Assembly: GCA_016840165.1 (NCBI GenBank)
Contig: JAEOSU010000038.1
Span: forward strand, 1-64,000
Length of the DNA stretch: 64,000 nucleotides
DNA from: Promethearchaeota archaeon
GTDB lineage: Archaea > Asgardarchaeota > Lokiarchaeia > Sigyniarchaeales > SOKP01
Direction of reading: 5' to 3'
In this document: positions 27,189 to 38,098 of the stretch, piece after piece
How positions within the stretch are numbered: position 1 is the stretch's first letter
Layout of the letters: each line of letters opens with the position of its first letter
Notes under the pieces: model-generated
Seen by the model: only the letters and a program-made list of their open reading frames with translations
Told to the model about the DNA's origin: nothing
Databases searched by the model: none
Program-made: the position numbers and the translations under genes

Positions 27189-28592
27189 TTACATTCGTTC
27201 CATTTCTTGTAGCTTTTTATGCTTTTTATCATGGAGAATAAGGATCTCTTTTCTAATATTGTCCCAGTACTCTCCTCTTATCGGATAGAATTTGAGTATC
27301 AACGCGGATAATAGCAGTGCTATTCCAGGAATAAGTAATGTGAATGATCGAATAGATAAAAATGCTTCAAATGGTTGGTTGAGATTAGGTGGGTTATTTC
27401 CAACTCTAGGTATAAATCCGGATAAGTTAAGTAATAATGTAGGTATAATAATAGCTATACTTTGTGCTGGTTTAGTTACTAAAGCATTAATTCCGAAAAA
27501 AGCTGCTTCTCGACGTACGCCAGTCTTTAGCTCATCTTCATCAATAGTTTGAGCAAATAATAGATCGTTAAAAATTAATGGTCCAACGAAACCAATTCCC
27601 GCAATAAGTAAACAAATATAGACAGATTCAGCTAATAAATATGAGAAGAAGAACGCAGCAATTAAGCTTACCCCACCAATAACTAAAAGAATTTGATCAC
27701 TTTTCACCACACCCCATTTTTTAGCCAATCGAGGTGTAAACCATATTCCGATTAACAGAGGAATGAAAATAAAAACCAATAGAATCAAAGATGATTGTTG
27801 AACGATATAGTCTGCTAACCAGAATACCGCACTAAGAATACTGGACTGAAAGAATATTACCATAAAGTTTGCCGTTATAAGAATAAGAAAGGATTTACTT
27901 TTGAAGGTGTATTTTAAAGCTTCAATTAATCCAAGAGGTTCATCTACTTTAGTAAATTCAGGTCGTTCTTTAAACTTATAGGTAGTAATGATTATTGCTA
28001 TCGATCCAATTATACCTACTACTATCATTGAGATAAGTAGTAATTCCCTTGAGATATTACGAAATAGTTCTGGTATAATAAATCCTAAAATCATCCCTAT
28101 TAGGTTAAAGAAAGAAGCAAAAACTTTTAATTTATTTCTCTCGGGTTCATCCTCCGTTATCTCTGGTAGAAGAGCAGAATAAACAAGAAATACTATTGTA
28201 TATGCTGTATCATAAAGACAAGTAGTAATCACCATCCAAATAAAAACCGCCCAAACCCCACTAGTTATATCGGGTGAGAACCAAATTAAAACGAAAGTCA
28301 ATCCTAAAAATGGAGCTGTATATCGCATGAATGGTATACGTCTTCCTTTTCGCGCTCTCGAGCGATCTGAGAGAATACCAAATATTGGATCATTAAATGC
28401 GTTAACTAATAGAAATATGATTTGAATATAAAATACAACTATTCCTTCACTTGAAAGTCCTAGATAATCATTATAGAAGATATTTATTAATGCCGCATAA
28501 ATTCCATTTATTAAAGCCCCTCCAAAACTCGCAGATGCCCAATAAGCTCGCTCTTTTGGTGAGAATTTTGGTGCTTCTAATGTTGTTTCCAT
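27189..28592 (-). CDS. MFS glycoside-pentoside-hexuronide (MelB-like) transporter
   Basis: NAFNDPIFGILSDR..GRRIPF; IDEDELKTGVRREA. Confidence 0.92.
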   Translation of the reverse strand: METTLEAPKFSPKERAYWASASFGGALINGIYAALINIFYNDYLGLSSEGIVVFYIQIIFLLVNAFNDPIFGILSDRSRARKGRRIPFMRYTAPFLGLTFVLIWFSPDITSGVWAVFIWMVITTCLYDTAYTIVFLVYSALLPEITEDEPERNKLKVFASFFNLIGMILGFIIPELFRNISRELLLISMIVVGIIGSIAIIITTYKFKERPEFTKVDEPLGLIEALKYTFKSKSFLILITANFMVIFFQSSILSAVFWLADYIVQQSSLILLVFIFIPLLIGIWFTPRLAKKWGVVKSDQILLVIGGVSLIAAFFFSYLLAESVYICLLIAGIGFVGPLIFNDLLFAQTIDEDELKTGVRREAAFFGINALVTKPAQSIAIIIPTLLLNLSGFIPRVGNNPPNLNQPFEAFLSIRSFTLLIPGIALLLSALILKFYPIRGEYWDNIRKEILILHDKKHKKLQEMERM

Positions 28593-28769
28593 TTTATTAT
28601 CTCACTTTTTTTATAAATTATTGTATGGATTATTATTTGAGTTTTGAACTTTAAAAGATTTTCTTTTATAAAATCAACTACTAGCTTATCTATATATGAT
28701 ATAGTAAAATTATTTAATTTAATAAGAGTTAATTGATCTTAACAATAATTTTTAGATGATTAATGAAGA

Positions 28770-29516
28770 ATGAAGAAACTCGTCTTATTACGGCATGGAG
28801 AGAGTATCTGGAATAAAGAGAATAGGTTTACAGGATGGACTGATGTTGATTTATCAGAAAAAGGTATTGAGGAAGCAAAAAAAGCAGGAAGGATACTCAA
28901 AAAAGAAGGATATACTTTTGATGTTGCTTATACTTCAGTATTAAAACGAGGAATACGAACATTATGGATTGTACTAGATGAGATGGATTTGATGTGGATC
29001 CCAGTCTATCGATCTTGGAGGCTTAATGAACGCCATTACGGTGCATTACAAGGCCTCAATAAAAAAGAATTAGCGGAAAAAATTGGTGAAGACGAAGTAC
29101 AAATTCTTAGAAGGAGTTATGATGTTCCTCCACCACCACTTAAAACCTCTGATCCACGTTATCCTGGAAATGATCCACGATATGCAGATCTTAGTCGACA
29201 AGAAATTCCTTTGACTGAATGTCTAAAGGATACTGTTGAGCGATTTTTACCCTATTGGCAGGAAGTTATTGTCCCTACTATCAAAGAGGGTAAAAAGGTA
29301 TTAATATCGGCTCATGGAAACAGTCTTCGTGCTCTTGTAAAATATTTGGATAATATGACGGAAGATAAGATTATTAAACTCAACATTCCTACCGGAATTC
29401 CACTTATTTATGAATTAAATGATGACGATCTTAAACCAATTAGACATTATTACCTTGGAGATCCAGAAGAAATAGAACAGGCAATATCCTCAGTAGAAGA
29501 TCAAGGAAAAGCATGA
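28770..29516 (+). CDS. gpmA: 2,3-bisphosphoglycerate-dependent phosphoglycerate mutase
   Basis: [40 protein letters not shown]. Confidence 0.97.
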   Translation: MKKLVLLRHGESIWNKENRFTGWTDVDLSEKGIEEAKKAGRILKKEGYTFDVAYTSVLKRGIRTLWIVLDEMDLMWIPVYRSWRLNERHYGALQGLNKKELAEKIGEDEVQILRRSYDVPPPPLKTSDPRYPGNDPRYADLSRQEIPLTECLKDTVERFLPYWQEVIVPTIKEGKKVLISAHGNSLRALVKYLDNMTEDKIIKLNIPTGIPLIYELNDDDLKPIRHYYLGDPEEIEQAISSVEDQGKA

Positions 29517-29552
29517 TAATAACCAACTAGAAACGAAAACGGATTAAAAATA

Positions 29553-30338
29553 ATGAATGTGAAAAAAATAATTAATAATCCAGCCATTTCAAGAACAATA
29601 TTTTATCCTAGAAAAGTTCCAATTCCAAGCAACTTAGAATCAAATATTAAACCTTTTGATTTGAAAATAGGATCAAATATAATAATTGGGGGTTATTTTT
29701 TTTTGAATGATAACACTCTCCCCTCTATATTACTCTTTCATGGAAATGGTGAAGTTGCATTGGAATACTCCTACTTTGCCCCGATGTTTTTTAATTGTGG
29801 TGTAAACTTAGCTGTGGCAGACTTTAGAGGCTATGGTCATAGTAATGATCAGCCTTCTTATACAAGCTTAATTGATGATGCTGTTTTAATCTATAAGAAA
29901 TTTCAAAATTGGTTAGATAGTGGTTCATACAACCCCAAAACTTTTGTCTTTGGTAGATCATTAGGAAGTATATGTGCCGCAGAAATTGGCTCAAAAGAGT
30001 TAGATCATCTGAGAGGAATAATTTTTGAAAGCGGATTCGCAAGTACTTATAATCTGATCAAACATTTTGGAATAGATATCCCAACCCTTACACCAGATTT
30101 AATAAGTCCTTATTCAAACGATACTCGAATCCGAAAATTTCATTATCCCACATTAATAATTCATGGCACTTCTGATTTTATCATTCCAACTTCGGAGGGG
30201 GAATTAATTTATAAAAATTTACCTAATGACGTTGAAAAGCAGCTTATTTTAATTGAGGGTGCCACACATAACAATATTATTACATTTAAAGAGGAATATT
30301 TTGAACCTCTAAAGAAATTTATCCATAAATATATGTAA
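29553..30338 (+). CDS. Alpha/beta hydrolase (ABHD13/17-like)
   Basis: FHGNGE, DFRGYG, GRSLG, IHGTSD, GATHN. Confidence 0.9.
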   Translation: MNVKKIINNPAISRTIFYPRKVPIPSNLESNIKPFDLKIGSNIIIGGYFFLNDNTLPSILLFHGNGEVALEYSYFAPMFFNCGVNLAVADFRGYGHSNDQPSYTSLIDDAVLIYKKFQNWLDSGSYNPKTFVFGRSLGSICAAEIGSKELDHLRGIIFESGFASTYNLIKHFGIDIPTLTPDLISPYSNDTRIRKFHYPTLIIHGTSDFIIPTSEGELIYKNLPNDVEKQLILIEGATHNNIITFKEEYFEPLKKFIHKYM

Positions 30339-30482
30339 AAAGCCTAATTTTGAATTCTTCATTTTGGATTTTTAGTTTATTTATTTATTAATTGTCTTAT
30401 GGGAGAAACATTTATATATAAGAGCAAATAGCTTATTGTAACTCGAAATCTAATTAAATAATATATAAAGTGATCAATTAAA

Positions 30483-30878
30483 ATGGCAGGACAAATCTCT
30501 AAACAATTAAAAATATTGTTTCTTGTACATTTTTTTGTATGCATCATTCTGGGATTAGTCTTTTTAATCTTTGTTGAATCATTTACAGATTTAATTCAAT
30601 GGCCTAATGTAGATCCGGTGGCTGGGCGATTACTAGGTGCTTCGTTGTTAGCATTTTCTACAAGCTCCCTACTTGCATGGAGAGAAACAGAATGGTTGAA
30701 AGTGAAACTCATTGTCCAGATGGAAATAGTATGGTGTGCTGTTGGATCTATAGTGCTTTTAATATGTGTTTTCACGCCCATTTTTTTACTCCCCTTTTTC
30801 ACATGGGTGTTCATCGTTCTACTTCTATTTTTCCTTATTGTATTCGTCTGGTTCTACTTTCAACAAGAAAAGGATTAA
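30483..30878 (+). CDS. Small 4-TM membrane protein
   Basis: Four hydrophobic segments. Confidence 0.75.
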   Translation: MAGQISKQLKILFLVHFFVCIILGLVFLIFVESFTDLIQWPNVDPVAGRLLGASLLAFSTSSLLAWRETEWLKVKLIVQMEIVWCAVGSIVLLICVFTPIFLLPFFTWVFIVLLLFFLIVFVWFYFQQEKD

Positions 30879-31041
30879 TTTGACTTAAAATTTAATAAAT
30901 TTTTTTATTTTTTTCCTTTAATATCCTTTTTTCGATTATATTAATCATTGGACTAAGAATCCTTTTAGTACTAAATAACATTTTGAAATCTTGAACAAGA
31001 ATAAGATCAGTATGAAATTAAAAGGGAGTTGATATGATAAA

Positions 31042-31326
31042 ATGAATTACTGCCCCAATTGTGGAGCTAACTTGAAACATTTTGTAAATTTAGAACCAAA
31101 TTTTTGTCCTAAGTGTGGAGTTAGATTAATAAAAAAAAATAAATACTGCTCAATTCGCATTCAATGTGCAATTTGCCATGAATATGTAGAAATTAATGCG
31201 AAAAAAATTATCTGTTCTTATTGTGGGAGCTCCTTCCATGAATCATGTGTTCGTAGATGGATTTTACAACATAATTCTTGTCCTTTATGTCAAAATATAT
31301 ATATTATTCCCAAATCTAAAAGCTAA
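31042..31326 (+). CDS. Zinc-ribbon plus RING-finger protein
   Basis: CPNC..CPKC, then CAIC..CSYC...FHESC..W....CPLC. Confidence 0.85.
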   Translation: MNYCPNCGANLKHFVNLEPNFCPKCGVRLIKKNKYCSIRIQCAICHEYVEINAKKIICSYCGSSFHESCVRRWILQHNSCPLCQNIYIIPKSKS

Positions 31327-31375
31327 GTTCCTTAAGATTTCAAATTCTATTTTCTTTAAATAATACCTAATTCTA

Positions 31376-31843
31376 TTAGATAAAAAAACCCTTAACAATT
31401 AGAATTGCCCCAATATTTATTAAAATTAGTGCAACGCTTTCAATTGCTATTAGATCGATAATTCCTCCAATTAAATTGACAATGAGTCCTATAACTACTA
31501 TAATTATCCCTAAAAAAAACCATTGTATTCTTCTTTTAGTTTCTCCTTCTGTTTTTCCAGTAATGATTGCATATTTGTATAAGACATAGATAAGCAATCC
31601 TACTCTGCTTATATTTACAAATGCATGCCAAATATCAGGAGTTATTGTATTGATAACTCCCTGTTCATATAACACTGGATCTGGATATGGTCTCCAGATA
31701 AAGTATCCGAAACTTAAAATTACCAAGATAATTATCATAATTCCTAAATATTTTAGATTTAATGCCACTTTTTGGGATTTTTCCAATATAAGAACAGTCA
31801 TTATCAGAGAGATAGAGACGTTCCGTGAAGCAAAATTAACCAA
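31376..31843 (-). pseudogene. 5'-truncated membrane protein (C-terminal ~4 TM)
   Basis: Begins mid-helix with only a TTG, no SD, and an in-frame stop 8 codons further upstream; overlaps the opposite-strand ORF. Confidence 0.6.
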
Positions 31844-33356
31844 TAAAATCTTTGATTTAATCCCAAATTATGATCTATGTATAGTAATTCATTCAAAGGA
31901 ACATCCATTATTGTATTACCAAACAGCAATTGCTAAAGCTGCGGGCAAACCTCTTATTTTTTTGAAGGCAAAAGCAGAATCTTTATCATTCCATCTCAAT
32001 CAAGAATTCAAGGTAGATTATGATCCTAACGATTTATCTGAAGAAAATGTTGAGGATATTATTAAAAATCTAATTACTAGAGTCAAAGATATTGAAATGA
32101 ATGATTGGGAGGCTCTCCAACCATTTAGTTTTGAAAAGGTTCAGAAAATTAAAGATTCAATAAAAAATAATGGAATAAAAAAATGTTCCGTAATTGGACC
32201 TTTTGGGCAGGAAGGATCAGAGATCAAGGAACATATTAACAGCGTAATTGACTATATAATTAAGCCAGGATTGAAAAAATTTGGTTTAATTCCATTTACA
32301 ATTAATGATTTACTGTCAACTCTTGCTTCATCGAAACCAGGGTTACTTTCTGAGCGAAAGTCTAGATTACTATCTGAAGATACCCTTAGATTATTATCAG
32401 GACAAGTTTATAAAGCAATTTTAACAACTAATCTATGCATTGCGATCTTAACCTTCCCAGATCCATCCGTATTTTATGAATTAGGTATGGCACATTTTGA
32501 ATCTCGTCCAGTTATTAAATTAATGGATAAAGAGACCTATAAAAATTATCCTTTTGTTCTACGAAAAAAGAAAGATCTTATTCTCTACAATTATCAATAT
32601 TTATCGCTAGAAAGCATCTTTTATGACAAAACTTACACAAAACAGATTGTTAATTATATTAAGGACTTAGAAGCTAAAGACTGGAGAGTTGAGAATTTTC
32701 GATTTAAAGATCTCGTTATAAAAAATGAATTTAAGAAATATATTAAGAATATAATAGCAAAAACACATAGAGAAATAAAGTTTGACAGTTTGGTTTACAA
32801 AACAGGTTTAGAACCTTATATAGTTGAAAAATTGGTTGAGAAAATGATCCTCAAGAGAGAACTAAATGCTGAAATCATTAAAAATAAAGTAATTTTCAGA
32901 CAATCTGATGTTAATTCTGTTAGTTCAGCTCCTACTATATTGAATAGCAAAAAGTTTTTAATTTTCATTAGCTACGCAACTAAAGATGCTGATTGGTTTA
33001 AAATCAGAGAAGTTTCAAAAGTATTAACTTCCTATAATGAGATAGAAAATGTTCTTTATTGGCAAGAAGATATGAAAGATAATATTTTTGAATATATGGA
33101 TCTGAATTTAGGTAAATGTGATGTTATGCTCTTGTTTTGTTCTCCTAATGCTTTAAAATCAAAACCAGTAATAAAAGAATGGACGGCAGCTGACAGCATG
33201 GAAATACCAATCATTCCCATATTTTTCAGTCCGGACCATATACCCCCACTTTTAAAGTCTAGGTTAGGCGTTCAATTTATCCCTTTTGAGTTTGAAGAGA
33301 ATGTAAATAAAATTTATAAATTAATTATTAAAAAATGTGAACAAAACAGTCAGTAA
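31833..33356 (+). CDS. Probably 5'-truncated protein: two nucleoside-deoxyribosyltransferase-like domains, PCI/wHTH, TIR
   Basis: PSVFYELGMAH; PCI-like VEKLVEKMI..LNAEI; TIR IFISYA...CSPNA..S..V.KEW. The track's first ~60 aa are antisense to the membrane gene. Possible restart at ATG 32097. Confidence 0.7.
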   Translation, partial: KLTNKIFDLIPNYDLCIVIHSKEHPLLYYQTAIAKAAGKPLIFLKAKAESLSFHLNQEFKVDYDPNDLSEENVEDIIKNLITRVKDIEMNDWEALQPFSFEKVQKIKDSIKNNGIKKCSVIGPFGQEGSEIKEHINSVIDYIIKPGLKKFGLIPFTINDLLSTLASSKPGLLSERKSRLLSEDTLRLLSGQVYKAILTTNLCIAILTFPDPSVFYELGMAHFESRPVIKLMDKETYKNYPFVLRKKKDLILYNYQYLSLESIFYDKTYTKQIVNYIKDLEAKDWRVENFRFKDLVIKNEFKKYIKNIIAKTHREIKFDSLVYKTGLEPYIVEKLVEKMILKRELNAEIIKNKVIFRQSDVNSVSSAPTILNSKKFLIFISYATKDADWFKIREVSKVLTSYNEIENVLYWQEDMKDNIFEYMDLNLGKCDVMLLFCSPNALKSKPVIKEWTAADSMEIPIIPIFFSPDHIPPLLKSRLGVQFIPFEFEENVNKIYKLIIKKCEQNSQ

Positions 33357-33382
33357 TTTAAAGAATAAAAATAAAAAAAAAT

Positions 33383-34024
33383 TTATTTCTTTCTTAACAT
33401 TAGAATCCCGTTTTCGAAAAACCAAAACAAGTTAGCAAATAAGAACAGCCATTCTGCAAAACTTTGAAATTCGGGTGCTAATCCGGGATTCACCCGATTT
33501 AGGATAAGTAAGATCAAATACAAGATAAAAAAGGCAACAACAAGAATATTAAATAATACTTGCCATTTTGAAAAGATCTTTACCTTATTTTCTAAAATCG
33601 CATAACCAAAAAGATATAAAATCCCTGTAAAGAAGAATACCAATTCAAATATGAAATGATTTGTGTATGCTTCTTCTGTATTAAAAATTGACATCCCCAT
33701 AATACCTACAGCGGATAAAAAAGCAAGTATAAACAGTATCCACGTTCCTTTTTTTGCCAATCCCTTCTCTTGTAAATAAAGTGTAAATCCTAGCATAAAA
33801 AGGATGATAAAACAAGCTGTAATGAACCAAAAAACATTGAAAAAGATATATAATGAATTTGTTGGACCACCTAAATAACTAATATGGGTTTCGAAGAAAT
33901 TAAAATTTGGATGTACCACCATCGCAGGGACAAGTCCTATGAAAAAAACGAGTAAGCCGATAAAGGCAAAATAGCTAGCATTTATTTTGGTATAGATTTT
34001 ATTAATTAATTCCATATTTCTCAC
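33383..34024 (-). CDS. DUF998/Frag1-like membrane protein
   Basis: ISYLG, conserved His, EW near C-terminus, ~6 TM. Confidence 0.7.
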   Translation of the reverse strand: MRNMELINKIYTKINASYFAFIGLLVFFIGLVPAMVVHPNFNFFETHISYLGGPTNSLYIFFNVFWFITACFIILFMLGFTLYLQEKGLAKKGTWILFILAFLSAVGIMGMSIFNTEEAYTNHFIFELVFFFTGILYLFGYAILENKVKIFSKWQVLFNILVVAFFILYLILLILNRVNPGLAPEFQSFAEWLFLFANLFWFFENGILMLRKK

Positions 34025-34177
34025 TACTTTTGTAGTAAAGTTATTTTATAATTTGATATATCTTATTTCTTTAAAGTTGTATTTATATCTATAATATCCT
34101 TAATTAATTAATAGATAGCAATCTCAAGAAAAAACAGTTTTGATAAAAGAATTAAAATAATTGAAATTTAGAAAAAG

Positions 34178-35068
34178 TTAAAGTAAGCTTCCTTTCGCAA
34201 TAAGATAAACGTTTCCTCCTACCATGATATAGAATTTATTTTCCTTTTTATCAGCTCTAAGAAGAAGTAGTGAGTTTCTACCTATTTCATATCCTTGTTC
34301 CACTTTAATATCGATACTAGGTTTCCCAAAATATTCATGCCTTACCAAATAAGCAGCAAGGCATCCGGCAGCAGAACCAGTAGCAGGGTCTTCAGGAACT
34401 CCATAATAATCCGCGAAAAATCTAACATTAAGATCATTATTTTTATTATATGTTTCTGGACAAAATATCAGTATTGTTTTAGCTTCAATATTTTGAATTA
34501 ATCTTTCATAGGGCTCAGTATTTATTTTGGCTCGTTTGACTGCATCTAAGGTTTTAAGAGGAACGATAATCGTCGGTACTCCGGTTGAAACTTCTTGAAT
34601 ATTAAATCGAGTATCAATATCTTCATCTTTAATTCCCAACACTTCAGCAAGGAATTCTGGAGCAAAGAATCCATGGAATGTGGGACTTTTATGTTCCATC
34701 CACACCTCATTGATTATATCACCCTTGTATTTAAATAATACCGCAATAGATCCGAGCTTAACATTCAATGAAATTGTTTTTACTTTCTCTTTTATGAAAA
34801 ACTTTTTAAGAATGTAAGCCGTACCGAGTATTGGATGACCAGCAAAACTTAATTCGGTGGTTGGAGTGAAAATCCTTACATCATAATTCTCAATAGAAGT
34901 GATAAATGTGGTTTCTGAATAGTTCATTTCCTTAGCGATTTTTTGCATCATTGTATCTGAAAGGATATCCTCAGAAATAACTACAGCGAGTTGATTTCCT
35001 TCATATTTATATTCCGCAAATACGTCTACAATATAGAATGTTAGCTCATTAGCTAGGATTTCTTTCAT
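34178..35068 (-). CDS. PhzF-family isomerase
   Basis: VDVFA...GNQLAV, NYSETTF, ELSFAGHP, EDPATGSA. Confidence 0.93.
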   Translation of the reverse strand: MKEILANELTFYIVDVFAEYKYEGNQLAVVISEDILSDTMMQKIAKEMNYSETTFITSIENYDVRIFTPTTELSFAGHPILGTAYILKKFFIKEKVKTISLNVKLGSIAVLFKYKGDIINEVWMEHKSPTFHGFFAPEFLAEVLGIKDEDIDTRFNIQEVSTGVPTIIVPLKTLDAVKRAKINTEPYERLIQNIEAKTILIFCPETYNKNNDLNVRFFADYYGVPEDPATGSAAGCLAAYLVRHEYFGKPSIDIKVEQGYEIGRNSLLLLRADKKENKFYIMVGGNVYLIAKGSLL

Positions 35069-35304
35069 TTGTTATCTCACAAATTTTGATATTAATTTAC
35101 CTAAGTTTAATATACATTTATCCTATTTTAAATATTAAAGTTTGTTATCGTTAATTGCGCCTCTTTTTTTGGAAAAAAAATTTTTTAATTGAAAATATTT
35201 AAAAAAGCTTCCTAAATAGTCAAAATCACTAAAAAATATTACTTTTATATAGATTTTAAGCTGATATAAAATAATAAAATAATAATATTTCAATTGTGAT
35301 ATAA

Positions 35305-36021
35305 ATGCTTTCCCCTATTGGTTGGCTTGATGGTCTAACTGCTTTGGCTGTTGTTCTTGCAGGAATAATTTTTGGACTTCTTAGTTTTTATAAGTCAATA
35401 AGATTAAAAGCAAACCTTCTAAGTGTGACTGGATTAGCTACATTAAGCGTAGGATTTATATTACTGGGGCCTGCTATGGATTTATTAACGATTCTAATCA
35501 CGGAAGATAATTTAGAACCCTTTTGGTTATATGGGTTACTTAGCTATAGTTGGACGGCTCCAATTGCAATATTTGGGCTATATATCGGTTCAGAACTCTT
35601 ACTCCCAAAAAGGAAATGGATAATTGTAGCATGTTATACTGGTTTAAGTATTATATTCGAAATAATTTTATTTGGTTTCTCATTAAATAATCCTGAAGTA
35701 ATATTTCGTTATCCTGAGATTGATCCAAATGGAACGGAATTACTTAATACGAGTATTAATCCCACATCTATAGCTTTTATATTGATGTTAGTTTTTCTAA
35801 TTTCTGGTCTCATTTTCAATGGTTTTGGCTTCTTAAGGAAGAGTCGTCAATCTTCTGGCGAATTAAAAAGAAAGTTCCTTTATCTTTCACTAGGATGGAT
35901 TTTGTTTATAATCTGTGGAGCAGTAGACGGATTGGTCGATCCCGGGATATATACTTTCTTTATACGATTTGGCTTGATAATCAGTATAACATTCATGTAT
36001 CTTGGTGTAAGAGTGAAGTAA
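35305..36021 (+). CDS. Polytopic (~7 TM) membrane protein
   Basis: Hydrophobic segments; KSRQSSGELKRKF loop. Confidence 0.75.
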   Translation: MLSPIGWLDGLTALAVVLAGIIFGLLSFYKSIRLKANLLSVTGLATLSVGFILLGPAMDLLTILITEDNLEPFWLYGLLSYSWTAPIAIFGLYIGSELLLPKRKWIIVACYTGLSIIFEIILFGFSLNNPEVIFRYPEIDPNGTELLNTSINPTSIAFILMLVFLISGLIFNGFGFLRKSRQSSGELKRKFLYLSLGWILFIICGAVDGLVDPGIYTFFIRFGLIISITFMYLGVRVK

Positions 36022-36177
36022 AGATTAAGAAATCTTTAAAAAAATTTTATTTTTTATTAAAAATTCCATTTTTTCATTACTTTTCAGTTTAAGCAAATTT
36101 AATAAATTTACATTGATATTGTTATTTAATCAAATTGATTTCCAACAGAAGCACATTAGGATTAGGTTAGAAAAGCT

Positions 36178-37602
36178 TTGAGGTTGAAAAAAGAGAATCT
36201 TAAAAAGATAAAGATCTTATTTCTTCTCGGCGCAATTGTTTCGTTTGTATTATTATCTACATTCTTTATTGTATATACGCTAAATGTTAAAGAAATTTCT
36301 GAATTTTATGAAGTTTCTAGCAATCATTTAGAAATTACTGATATCCATATTAACAATCATTTAGGCATGGGCGATGTTAGCATTGAACAATCAATTAAAA
36401 ACCCAAATAACGTTTTTGAAGCAAATTGGAATATAAAATATAAGGGGATTTACATCCCGAGTGAAATAATTATCATCAATTATGAAGTGAATATGTCTAT
36501 ATTTAAGATTAATATTTATGGTAATCTTAATGAACAATCTATTGATAGAGATATTGTATATTCGCATCTCTGTTTAAATATTAATCCTGATTATCAAGTT
36601 TATCACTTTCATAGTGATAGCAAAAAAGGTAATATCAAAATAAATACTCGCAATATCAATATAAGTACTATTGAAATTGAATCCAGTTCTGGAGATATTG
36701 ATGTTCAATTAAATAATAGCAATATTCTTGATGATTTTGGTATATCTACTGATTCGGGAATAATTAATTTAGTTTTGGATAATATAAATTTCAGCACTGA
36801 TTTTTTCAGTATTTCAGATTCGGGTTATCAATATTTTAATTTTTGGAATCTCAAATTTTCTTCTGGAGCAGAGCTAAGAGCTATATCATCAACAGGTATG
36901 ATTAAATTAAAATGGGCAAATCATTACTTAAAATCTCAAAATGTTAATATTGTCTTATATTCTAAGAATAACGTCGAATTTCGCTTCTGGTCCCCTATTC
37001 AAATCATGAGATTTGACATAACACTAGTTTGTTATGGGTCAGGATCAACCCGTTTCACCGGAGTTCCCACTATTTTTACTGAAATAAGCCCAGATCATTA
37101 TCAGTCTAAAAATATTGGTGATTCTGAAGTAGATATGTTGACTATTAAAGCCATATCTTCTTATGGTGAAGCTTACGTAAGACATATTGATTGCTTCAAA
37201 ATGAAACGATTTTGTGATTATGATGATATTAATCCATATGAAGAGGAATTACAAGGAAATTATGAAATACCGAAGAAAGATCATGATATTAACCAAATCG
37301 AGCTATTTAACATTAGATATATCTATTTAAATGAAACTAAAGCCTTAAAACTAAATCTGGATTATCTCCAGAATACTAGTAGTAATATTATCTATTTTAA
37401 CTGGGATATAAAATATATGAGAGGGTCTTCGTATGGGAAAGCTTATCTTAAAATAGATATATCAAATAAAACAGAAGGGAATGAACTAAAAGTTTATATT
37501 CGACTTGATTTTGAACTAGATCGCATGTTACCTTACATAGTTGAGTCCAACTTCACCGTTCTAATTCATCCTGATTATAGTTTCAATAATTATACTATAT
37601 GA
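36178..37602 (+). CDS. Membrane-anchored DUF4097/adhesin-like beta-strand repeat protein
   Basis: N-terminal TM; repeated S.SG.I.I motifs. Confidence 0.6.
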   Translation: MRLKKENLKKIKILFLLGAIVSFVLLSTFFIVYTLNVKEISEFYEVSSNHLEITDIHINNHLGMGDVSIEQSIKNPNNVFEANWNIKYKGIYIPSEIIIINYEVNMSIFKINIYGNLNEQSIDRDIVYSHLCLNINPDYQVYHFHSDSKKGNIKINTRNINISTIEIESSSGDIDVQLNNSNILDDFGISTDSGIINLVLDNINFSTDFFSISDSGYQYFNFWNLKFSSGAELRAISSTGMIKLKWANHYLKSQNVNIVLYSKNNVEFRFWSPIQIMRFDITLVCYGSGSTRFTGVPTIFTEISPDHYQSKNIGDSEVDMLTIKAISSYGEAYVRHIDCFKMKRFCDYDDINPYEEELQGNYEIPKKDHDINQIELFNIRYIYLNETKALKLNLDYLQNTSSNIIYFNWDIKYMRGSSYGKAYLKIDISNKTEGNELKVYIRLDFELDRMLPYIVESNFTVLIHPDYSFNNYTI

Positions 37603-37623
37603 AATTAAACTTTGTATTCAAAG

Positions 37624-37989
37624 CTACAAATAAAGATTTAATTTATCAATATCCTTTTTTATGTGGGATACTCTATGTTCTTGAATTTCCTCATTAGTCA
37701 TACCTTGAATATCCTCCTCGATGTTTGGATTCTCCTCTTCATATGCCTCCTCTACCATCATACCATAACGTATCGAAAAAGCTACGAGTTCAGGGATTAG
37801 GGAGACCATTGCCTTAAAGCTGAAGATTCCGCTTAATCTACTTAAAATTTGGATCATCTCAGCAAAAGGATCAACATCCACATCAGGTTTTTTCATAATA
37901 TCCATAATTCGCTTGAATAATACCTCATAAAAAAGTTCCAACTCTTCTTTATTTAGTCCGTACTCTTCTTCCTCTTCATTTTCCTCCAT
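37624..37989 (-). CDS. Acidic hypothetical protein
   Basis: Open frame, ATG start. Confidence 0.7.
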   Translation of the reverse strand: MEENEEEEEYGLNKEELELFYEVLFKRIMDIMKKPDVDVDPFAEMIQILSRLSGIFSFKAMVSLIPELVAFSIRYGMMVEEAYEEENPNIEEDIQGMTNEEIQEHRVSHIKKDIDKLNLYL

Positions 37990-38098
37990 TTTAGCATCTC
38001 TCTAATTCATTAATGAATTGAATTTAAAAATATTTTGATATTAAAAATATAGCCTTAATAATATTTAAGAGAAGATGAATTCCTATATCAGTTCTAAT

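Noticed and set aside
27056-27241. 61-aa ORF
   Set aside because: AT-rich intergenic sequence overlapping the transporter 3' end on the opposite strand
31650-31832. N-terminal ~60 aa of the 568-aa ORF as real coding sequence
   Set aside because: It is the antisense of the membrane-protein gene; domain similarity starts only near 31833
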